Source: Octopus sinensis
Lineage: Eukaryota
Direction: 5' to 3'
Assembly (NCBI RefSeq): GCF_006345805.1
Contig: NC_043004.1
Location: 33,170,001 to 33,234,000 of the forward strand
Length of the DNA stretch: 64,000 nt
Both the position numbers and the translations under genes were made by a program. Position 1 is the first letter of the stretch. Each line of letters starts with the position of its first letter. The notes beneath the pieces were generated by a model, which saw nothing but the letters and a program-made list of their open reading frames with translations, was not told where the DNA came from and did no database searches. Positions 54,163-64,000 of the stretch are shown here, piece by piece.

Positions 54163-55045
54163 GATCATCATCATCATCATTTAGCATCCGTTGTCCATGC
54201 TGGCATGGGTTGAACAATTTGACCAAGGCTGGCAAGTTGGAAGGCTGCACCAGATTCCAGTCTGATTTGGCATGGTTTCTATGGCTGGATGTCCTTCCTA
54301 TCGCCAATGGTAGGGTGTAATGGGTGCTTGTATGTAGAAATGGCATGGGTGCCATTTGCATGACACCAGTGTCTGCCACGACTTGATGGGTCTTCTTCTC
54401 AATGGGTCTCCATGAGGCCCAATATTTGAATGGTGCTTTTTATGTGCCACTGGCTCGTGTGCCAAGTTACCTGACACCAATATCAGCCACGACCATGATT
54501 TCACTTGGCTTGAAAGGTCTTCTCAAGTGTGCAGTATATCGCCAAAGGTCTTGGTCACTGGTTATTGCCTCTGTGAGGTCCCGAGTTCAAAGATAATGCT
54601 TCACCACCTCATCCCATGTCTTCATGGGTCTACCTCTGCCACAGGTTCCCACCACAGTTAGAGATCAGCCCTTCTTTACACATCTATCCTCGTCCATATG
54701 CATCACATAATTATATCAGTGCAGTCGTACTGTTTGCACACCACATCTAATGCATCTTATGCCTAACTTTCCTCTCAAGATGCTTACACATTGTTGAACA
54801 TGGACACTGACGTTGCACATCCAGTGAAGCATACTGGCTTCATTTCTTTCAAGCCTACGCATGTCCTCAGCTTTCACAGCCCATGTTTCACTGCCATGTA
54901 GCATAGCTGTTTACTCACAGCCATCATGCAGTCTGCCTTTCACTCTGAGAGAAAGATGCCTTTTGTTGCCAGCAGAGGTAGGAGCTCTCTGAACTTTGGC
55001 CCAGTCTAATCTTATTCTCAGAACTACACTCTTGGAGCATCCACT
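54163..55045 (-). mobile_element. RTE LINE 3' portion whose 3' UTR is the family C sequence
   Basis: WAKFRELLPL..MLHGSETWAV..RRLERNEASMLHWMC..GRPMKTWDEVVK, then continuing into the family C core and GAT tail. Confidence 0.88.
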
Positions 55046-55822
55046 TCCACTAATAACTTGGTTGACAATCACAATATATAATATATTTAAAAATATATTA
55101 AAACTATGTAAAGTGTGTTCATTTTCCTTCTTTACTTCTTTATATATATATTACCAGATAGGAATAGTTGAAATTCCTCCCTTGCTGTTACTCATGTATG
55201 TGTGTGTATGTGTGTGTGTGTGCGTGTTTGTACATATACATACACACATATATATATGTATATACATACATACATACATATATACATGATGGCTGCCCCA
55301 TCGTTATCGAGTATGGCCATTGCACGAAGCTTAACTGTTATTGGTGCTGAGATCGAACATGACTTTTATTTGCTTTTTAAGGCTACAGCCATCTATTCAG
55401 TTGAGACACACAGCACTATCAACAATCATGAACAATGTTGCTATTGTGCAATGCCTGTGCAAGAAGATTTTTTTTAAAGTGAGGAAAGGCTGTGCACTAA
55501 GTCAATCCTACTCACTAAGCAACAGCAGCCATAATCCGAAAGAAGAACAAGTCAACATCATCGGAAACCACTGAGCTGCAGGTTTTATGTCGGAGTTATC
55601 CCAGTTACCCGAGTTACCTTCTCCTAGAAGGATGCCCTAACAAAGGCTAGGAGTCCTTCACTCCCAATGGTTTAACCGCGCGATCGGGTATTCAGTTCGA
55701 TTATTTCTATGTCCCCGTGCATGATACAGCCTTAAGCCATAACAAAAAATACACATATATATACATACATACATGATATATACATATATACATACACACA
55801 CATATATATGTATATACATACG

Positions 55823-55865
<43 letters not shown>

Positions 55866-56597
55866 GTATATTGGCAGGGCTGGCCTGCTAGGTAGCCGGC
55901 CAGAATGCTAGAAATAGATCATAAACGATCAAACTACAAGGGAAATTCTCTAGAGGAAGAATTCAGCGAACACCAGAACCAAATTTGGCGGGCAGGACAT
56001 ATGAAAAATTAAATAAAAAACAGAATTAAATGCATACCTCGGTTTCGGTCTTAACAAAAGAATTACTTGCATAATTCAAGTGTCCGTGACTTCTTCAGTA
56101 CATTTGGTCCTCGAGATGCAAACCGCAAGACTAACCCCAGCTCTCTGTGTCAAGACAGACACGTGCTTAGTCTTACTGATTACATCGGGAATAAAATTTC
56201 AAATGTCTTGGTTCCGGCGCGCTAAGAGACTCCTGAAGCGAAGGGCTGCAGTGAATAATTCACTGCGGGTAAAGCTTACTACTAGGGAACGTATTTATTT
56301 AAATATTTAAAAATTGAGGGAGATAAATTAATATTAATTTTAATATCAATTTAAAACCAGTAGTCCAGCATTCAAAAAATCTGAGGAGTCAGAGAAAATT
56401 CAAATATATGTGTATGTTGGCAGGGCTGGCCTGCCAATATACACATTTCTAGCATTCTGGCCGGCTACCTAGCAGGCCAGCCCTGCCAATATACACATAT
56501 ATTTGAATTTTCTCTGACTCCTCAGATTTTTTGAATGCTGGACTACTGGTTTTAAATTGATATTAAAATTAATATTAATTTATCTCCCTCAATTTTT
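55866..56597 (-). mobile_element. Hammerhead-containing 546-bp non-coding unit plus a 153-bp inverted junction copy (retrozyme-like or Penelope pLTR-like)
   Basis: Direct repeat GTAT(A/G)TTGGCAGGGCTGGCCTGC at 55866 and 56412; 56445-56597 is the reverse complement of unit end joined to unit start; (TA)n on both flanks. Confidence 0.75.
56028..56105 (-). ncRNA. Type I hammerhead ribozyme
   Basis: AAATGTA-CTGAAGA-AGTC..GACC-GAAA-C[CGAG]G-TA-TGCATTT: stem I 7 bp, complete CUGANGA and GAAA core, GUA cleavage triplet. Confidence 0.82.
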
Positions 56598-56616
56598 ATA
56601 TATATATATACATACA

Positions 56617-57030
56617 CTCTTTTTTTACTTGTTTCAGTCATTTGACTGTGGCCATGTTGGAGCACCGCCTTTAGTCGAGCAAATCGACCCCGGGACCTAT
56701 TCTTTGTAAGCCCAGTACTTATTCTATCGGTCTCTTTTGCCGAACCGCTAAGTGACGGGGACATAAACACACCAGCATCGGTTGTCAAGCAATGCTAGGG
56801 GGACAAACACAGACATACAAACACACACACACATACATATTTATATATATATATATATACATATATACGACAGGCTTCTTTCAGTTTCCGTCTACCAAAT
56901 CCACTCACAAGGCATTAGTCGGCCCGGGGCTATAGCAGAAGACACTTGCCCAAGATGCCACGCAGTGGGACTGAACCCGGAACCATGTGGTTGGTTAGCA
57001 AGCTACTTACCACACAGTCACTCCTGTGCC
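56617..57030 (-). mobile_element. SINE family A, full length
   Basis: Near consensus. Confidence 0.92.
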
Positions 57031-57064
<34 letters not shown>

Positions 57065-57593
57065 TATATGCCATTAGGAAGGGTATTAATCCAAGAATAC
57101 CCATGCTGAAGCAAACACTGGGACATGATGTAGTGCTCGGATCCCTTAGTTCTTGCCAAATCGTCCAACCCATGCCAGCATGGAACATGGACGTTGAAGG
57201 ATGATGACGATGAAGATGCTGTTATATAAACCAAAGCTGTGTGTCTGCCTCGTTTTTCATCTCCTGACCTCGGCTTACGAGTACACATGTTGTTTATGTC
57301 TACGACCCTCACTAAAATTCATAATTCTTAACATTAGAAGCCAAATACAATTGTTACACACAATAAGAAGAGAACAAGAAGCAGCAGACAACATTTGCTG
57401 CAGAATTTCAAAGTCTGTCTGTTTGGCGGAAGAAGAACATTGAATGGTTGAGACTTGTTACTTCTTCAATTTTCACTTTTGTTCATTCATTTCATATTCC
57501 TCTCTCTCTCTCTCTTTCTTCATTTCAAACACAAACAATGTTATTGGATTTCACTTCCATCTACACCTCCCTCCCTATCTTTTTCCTTCGTCT

Positions 57594-57624
<31 letters not shown>

Positions 57625-59431
57625 CTTTCTCTCTTTCCTTCCCTCTCTATCTCTGCATATATGGATATGTTTATGCGTATGTATGGAAGGACGTATCTAT
57701 ACACAGACACACACCGTATATGCATGCACATACATTTATTATATATATATATATGTATGTATGTATGTGTGGTGTGTGTGTGTATGTGTGCATGTATATA
57801 TGTATATATATGTATATATACATACACACACACACACACATATATACATGGATATATACATATATACATAAATACATATATATATATATATATATATCGA
57901 TATAGATAGATAAATGAACAGATAGGTAGATAGATAGATAGATAGATAGATAGATATGTATGTATGCATACGTATATGCACACACATGCACATATATGCC
58001 TAGACACCTATATACATACACTTGTGTATATTATGCACACCTTAACAGACACACACAAACACACAGGTGCAATTACATAATAATAGACACGATATATTTC
58101 TTTTGTGTTATTAACAAATGAATAACCAGCAAGTGACTAAGTGACTGTTTGTCTGTGTTTTCCAGTGTGTTTGTGTTTGTGTTTTTCAGTGTATTTGTGC
58201 GTGTCTGTCTATAAATAAGTCGAAAGACAGCCATAAACGAGGCCGAGACACTAAGTGGAGAGAAGAGCAAAGGAAAGAGAGAGAGATCAAAGAGAAATAA
58301 CAAGTGTTATCCTAACAACATTTGCACCATTTCCAAATTGCATAATAAACTATATAAACAGTTGAGACGTCCTAAGAAGAAGACAATTATTTGGAAAGGT
58401 GACGATCTGTCCGGGAAAGATTCCTTTTAAGTTTGTTAAACAATTTGTGAGGCAATTGTTTGATATCAAAAGTAAATAAGGGAAATTTCCTAAAGAAATT
58501 GCTAAGGTATAATATAGTGATAGCAATAGTGAAAAATCACATTATATGCCATTAAGAACGGCTATGATCATAATAACCATTTATTTTTTTTGAATTTACG
58601 CTTAGTATCCTTTAAAGAATAACATTCAAAGTTGTTGATTTCTCTGTACTCAAAAGCAAATGGCATAGCATATATGATACAAAGTTATCATCTATTTTCA
58701 CTTTTACTTTCACAATCATTGCTGTCAGTCCGTTGGCTTTCATCATGTGACATAATAGGATGGAGACAATCACAACGTCGAGCCTTTCCTAATATTGGCC
58801 TCTCCAAATAGACTCGTATTAAGCTGGTTGGTCTCTGCTAAATTATACGAGTGGACACACAGATATTTCTGTCTTCTAAAGAAGAAAGTTTTGTGGCTAT
58901 TTTGGAAACTATTACTGAAGCAGTAAAATGTGAAATGTGTCTAAAGAATTAGCGTCCAGTTGCTGTAGAGAGGAGATGTGCGACTAAAGTGTCGACTCTC
59001 TTAAATATAGAAACTGTTATTGATTAGTTAATATTTAGTATTGATCAATTAATATTTAATCTGCAAAGTTTCAAATTGGTCATCATTTTCTGCATAACTG
59101 CATAAGCTAAGATATATGACTATGTTATCACTGCTGCCACCGCCACCACCACCACCACCACCACCACCATGACCACCACCACGACAACCACCACCAGCTA
59201 CAGCCATGCAAGAATTTGGACCTTGAGATCTCCATTTCCAGCAACTTCGAGGGCCACCTCCCAGTGGTGTCAGGCGTCAACGAAAAGCCCTCGACTACAA
59301 CAAGATGACCAAAGTTTTTTTTTCTAAAGTCTGGGGTCTCCCACCCCTAAGCCCTAGACCATCACCTAATCACCCTTACCCATCTTGTTGCTTAACAACA
59401 ACAACAACAACAGTGACTTCAACACCATCAC

Positions 59432-59466
<35 letters not shown>

Positions 59467-60325
59467 CCATCGTCATCGTCGTCATCATCCTTGTTGTCAT
59501 CATCTTTGTTATTATGGTCATCATAATCATGGTCGTCATCTTATCACCCATCTTCAAATGCTTCTGATAGCAGAAACAAATGAATATAACATTCACTGAT
59601 GTTGCAAGTAGCCACTCAGCTGAATAAAAATCTGGTGCTTGCAATTGAGGCAGTAACAAATCAAAATAGCTACCTGTGCATCATATCAAATGTTGAGAGG
59701 CCAGTTACTGCAGGGTTTGTCCAGAGATTACATCTCTTGGGTAGGTGCTGAGGTGACAAATTCTTATCTTATGTGAGTATGCACCATCGGAAAGGTCCAA
59801 AAAGGCTGAGATGTATCTGCTATTTTTGCTGGATGCTGATGAGATGAATTTTTACCTTCCTCTGTTATTTATTGTGTTTTTAACGCTGCACATCCATAAG
59901 AGATATTATTTTGAGACAAAATAACTGGCATTTCAACATTGTCTATACATTAAGTATGATACATAGATAGCTGTTTTAATCTAATTCTGCCTCAGTTCCA
60001 TATATCAGATTTTTATCCTGAAGAGTTGCAATTTACAACATCAGTACATGTCTTAATCACTTTTTTCTATATCAGTAATGATAAAATTCATCTGAGCATG
60101 TGGTTGGCTAAGGGTACACATCATTCAAAAGATCTCAAAAGGCTAAAATACCCCAAGCATCCTTGATGCACAGTGCTACGATGAATTATGATCCACTTCT
60201 GATATTTAGCGTGTTTATACCACAGAGCATCCATAAGAGATGTTGTGTCAGGACAAATATTGCAGTAACTGGCAAACTGGCATCTATCCATTTGATAAAT
60301 GCCACCCCCCCACACACACATGTGC

Positions 60326-60408
<83 letters not shown>

Positions 60409-60429
60409 GTGTATGTGTATGTATATATA

Positions 60430-60760
60430 TATCATCATCATCATTTAATGTCCGCTTTCCATGCTAGCATGGGTTGGACGATTTGACTGAGGGCTGGCAA
60501 ACCGGATGTCTGCACCAGGCTTCAATCTTGATCTGGCAGAGTTTCTACAGCTGGATGCCCTTCCTAATGCCAACCACTCCGAGAGTGTAGTGGGTGCTTT
60601 TACGTACCACTGGCAGGGGGGGGGGCAGTCAGGTGGTATTGGCAACAACCTCGCTCGAATCTTTTTACATATGCCACCGGCACAGGTGCCAGTAAGGCAA
60701 TGCTGGTAATGATCATGCTCGAATGGTGCCTTTTATGTGCTACTGGAACGGAAGCCAGTT
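60430..60760 (-). mobile_element. Family C repeat with internal tandem units
   Basis: Near-consensus core and CAT tail. Confidence 0.88.
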
Positions 60761-61475
60761 AGCCGCTCTGGGTATGTATATTTATATATATATATATATA
60801 TATATGATGATATATATATATGATGATGATATATGTATGTGTGTATATAAATATATACATAATATATAAATGCATATATATGTATATACACACACATATA
60901 TAGATAGATATAAGCATATGTAAATATACATATGCATATATATGTGTGTTCATATGCATATATATTTGTACATGCATTTTATGCATTTGCACATTCATGA
61001 ATATTGATTGAAGATGATTTCATAACAAATTTGATAAATTTGGAATAAGATTTATTTAAATAAAAAAGAATCAAACAAATATAAAACAAAATGATGAGTT
61101 CCAATGAAATTGATATGTTAAAGAAAACATGTTGGGTGATTGCATTATGGGGAACTGATCCTGATTATCATATTGATTTTGAAGCATTATCTTCCAACCA
61201 ATATAAGTTACAGCATGTTCATTTTATCAAGTTAATATTCTGGGTTTGGATAAATATATATTCACCACAAAGATGTCGATAAGGGATCTATTTTAGGGAG
61301 ATTTGCCAGCTACACTGAACACGTAAAAAGAATCTTACTCCATTATGTTCCTTTATTTATTTGATCAAATCCCATTTCTTTATACAGCTGGTTCTACTTA
61401 AAAAGTACCTGGACTAGTATCATGTAAAAAACACACCGATGCCGGCACCATGAGTGTCATTATATTATGCCAACT

Positions 61476-61709
61476 AAAGGCGGTGAGCTGGCAGAGATGT
61501 TAGCATGCCGGGCGAAGTGCTTCGTGGTATTTTGCCCGTCGCTACGTTCCGAGTTCAAATTCCGCCGAGGTTGACTTTGCCTTTCATACTTTTGGGGTCG
61601 ATAAATTAAGTACGAGTTACGCATTGGGGCCGATGTAATCGACTTAATCCGTTTGTCTGTCCTTGTTTGTCCCCTCTGTGTTTAGCCCCTTGTGGGTAAT
61701 AAAGAAACA
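61476..61709 (+). mobile_element. SINE family B, near consensus
   Basis: Flanked by ATATTATGC. Confidence 0.9.
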
Positions 61710-63681
61710 TATATTATGCTTACTATAGTCAACACACGCATTGGTTCAATATCACTTCTTTATTGATAGTGAATTGGTTAAATATCTAATTGAGTAACTA
61801 ATCAATCACTTGTTTAATGTGCTAGTTAAACAATCAATTGGCTATTTGTGGATCAAAGCCTTCCATTGCTATTCATGACCTTTTCAATAACTTTCCCTCC
61901 CTCTTGGAGGTCTGCTCTGAGTCTGTCCAAGAATTACATCAATGAATGATTAGTTAGTTGGTTAGATATTTAACCAATTGACTAATGATTAAAGAAGTGG
62001 AATTGAATCCGTGTGTGGGTTTATTATTATTATTGGCATAATGACCCTCCAAATACACAACAAAATTTGTTTCATTACATCCAGCTTCTTCCAAACCAAG
62101 TACCAAAAAAAAAAACCAAGTAAAATAGAGTTTGTCTCCAAACACAATTCTTCTTTCTTTGCTGTCATTGGACAAGTTTAAAAAGTCTTAAGACAGAATA
62201 ATATCACTAAACGCAGCAATTTTTTTCACTCTTCCTTCGATTCTTACAGACCCCTCCTGCATTAGCACGAGAAACCTTTACTGAGAGCTGTCCTTCAGGG
62301 AGTTGAGAAGACTCTCAGTGACTAGAGAAATGTCTTTGAGTAGTTTTTCTAAAACATGTAACATCTTCACTGCTTCTTGGAACAAATGAGATTAGCTGCT
62401 TGAGATTGGTTTTATCTAAGCTGTAATAAAACAAAGTTGAGTATGTGCATATTATATTTGCAGTGTGTATGTGTGTGTGTGTGAGAAAGAGTATGTATAC
62501 GTACATATGAGTATGTGCGTTACATGCCGGCTGATGTCTATGATAAAGTGCCTGTCAATGCGAATTTCTAAGTACATGTGATCGTAATTATATAAAGCGA
62601 GAAAGTATGTGTGTGTGTGTGTGTGTATGTGTGTGTGTGTAAGTTTTAATGACTTTATAAAAGAGTTATGTTATTAGAGAATGCATGCTTATGAATTTTG
62701 ATAAATAACCATTTGTTATTAAATAAATATGTATGAGAATGTGGAGATATGGAAGGAGATGCAGAGAAATAGGGATGGAACTGAAGTGAAGACCATGCCA
62801 ATAAGATTTCTATTACTGCATCAAACTACAAGAGAAGACAAATGCAACACTACAAACTATCAAACATTCATCAATTATTTAGTGCTTCCACTGCTGACTG
62901 TAGCTAAAGCACATCACCTTCTGGTTTCTACACACAGTCATTGAGGATTAAACATCTGGACTATTGATACGGAACAGTTCTTTAGTTCTTTATTATATTA
63001 AACTTTTCCAAGGTAAAAGTTGATAATGACTTTGAAGTTCCAACTTGCTCACCTTCATCAGACATTCTAAATATTTAATAAGCTTCTGTACAGATTGAGT
63101 AATCCTTTAGTTTCATGTTAAATTGGATTTATATATATTGTATATATATATAGGAAAGGAAAAAATAATAACAATAAGGCAGAATGCTAAACTGAAAGCA
63201 AATTTTGATATAATTGAGTGTAAGAAAGATTAAAAAGGATTTCAAACAGACTTTCATTGCATGGCAAATTTTCAGGATAAGAAAGGGGGGAAAAAATTAT
63301 GTTTTTTTCGAAAAAACAATAAATATATACAAAAATAAATAAATAGATATACCAATACATCATAGTGTCTTTAAGCTTTTAAAGTTCAATTGTATTCCAT
63401 GGAAAAACTTGTTTGAAGGATTAGGATGCATGTGTTTTAGAGTAGTGTTTTGTTTGAGAAGGTTGGATGTTTATATTTACCAAGTGACAAAGATATCTTT
63501 TTTCTTTTAATATTTTTGCTTGGTTTTTGACAGATGTATTGGGGTAGGAGTTATCCAGTGCCTGTGGATAAGGGGAGACAATTCTGTGGGTTTTATACCC
63601 TTTAATTGGAATGTAGGATTTTTTTGTCAACAGGATGCTTATGTTTGTTCTTAGAAATACAAGTAACAAATATATTTGTAT

Positions 63682-63999
63682 TTAATTAGGTAGGCTAGAA
63701 AAAGGAATACGTGAAGTTTGCATATTAAGGAGTGTTTGGAATTTTTCAGTAAAAAGATTCTCCTTGTTGATTCTTTTTTGTGTAGAGATTCTGTCTTTAC
63801 ATTGATAGAAAGGGAATATAAGAAATTTGGGACTTTTATTTCTTGTGCAAGAGTCTATGTGGCCACTGAGTAGAATTTGACAGTATTGTGGGAGATTTAT
63901 CTGTTCTTTATGGACTGCTACTCTTTTGCATAAAGGAAGGCTTACCTGTCTGATATAATTGTGTTGGCAACCTGCGCATGTAAGGAAGTAAATGATGTT
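63682..63999 (-). mobile_element. Penelope-like element, GIY-YIG endonuclease C-terminus (runs off the window edge)
   Basis: 105 stop-free codons NIIYFLTCAGCQHNYIRQ..KRVAVH..SGHID..KE..F...LN: split GIY/YIG with CxxC and two His, plus conserved R, E and N; YIG>YIR. Confidence 0.88.
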
Positions 64000-64000
64000 C

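Noticed and set aside
55600-55740. GC-rich RTE-5'-like fragment tested for an HDV-like ribozyme fold (similar motif near 52410)
   Set aside because: Only a CCTTCT/AGAAGG hairpin is present; I could not build the nested pseudoknot or place a catalytic C
63010-63075. CTGATGAAGGT..ACCTTGGAAA on the minus strand, near the Penelope end
   Set aside because: No stem I partner and no NUH in register, and there are extra bases before GAAA
63245-63285. CTGAAAA-TTTGCCATGCAAT-GAAAGTC on the minus strand
   Set aside because: G8 and C15.2 are missing and there is no stem I; too weak to call a hammerhead

Overview
AT-rich, repeat-dominated eukaryotic DNA. The SINE, LINE and microsatellite landscape looks like a coleoid cephalopod (Octopus-like); this is an inference. 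I could not confidently identify any host protein-coding exon, rRNA or tRNA gene, and almost all ORFs in the supplied track are translated microsatellites. The window contains many tRNA-headed SINEs of several families, 5'-truncated RTE, CR1-like and RLE (Dong/R4-like) LINE ends, TTAA-flanked MITEs, and the GIY-YIG end of a Penelope-like element at the right edge. The main find is a set of hammerhead ribozyme (HHR) motifs. The best is a near-canonical type I HHR (56028-56105, minus strand) inside a non-coding, terminally redundant 546-bp unit. That unit is followed by an inverted copy that spans its own end-to-start junction, which is the structure expected of a retrozyme-like or Penelope pLTR element copied from a tandem or circular RNA. 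Two or three decayed minimal HHRs and a second near-perfect hairpin with 125-bp arms also occur. Other observations: a triple-C2H2 RTE C-terminus, stacked RLE LINEs in (TAA)n arrays, and several decayed coding-like fossils.
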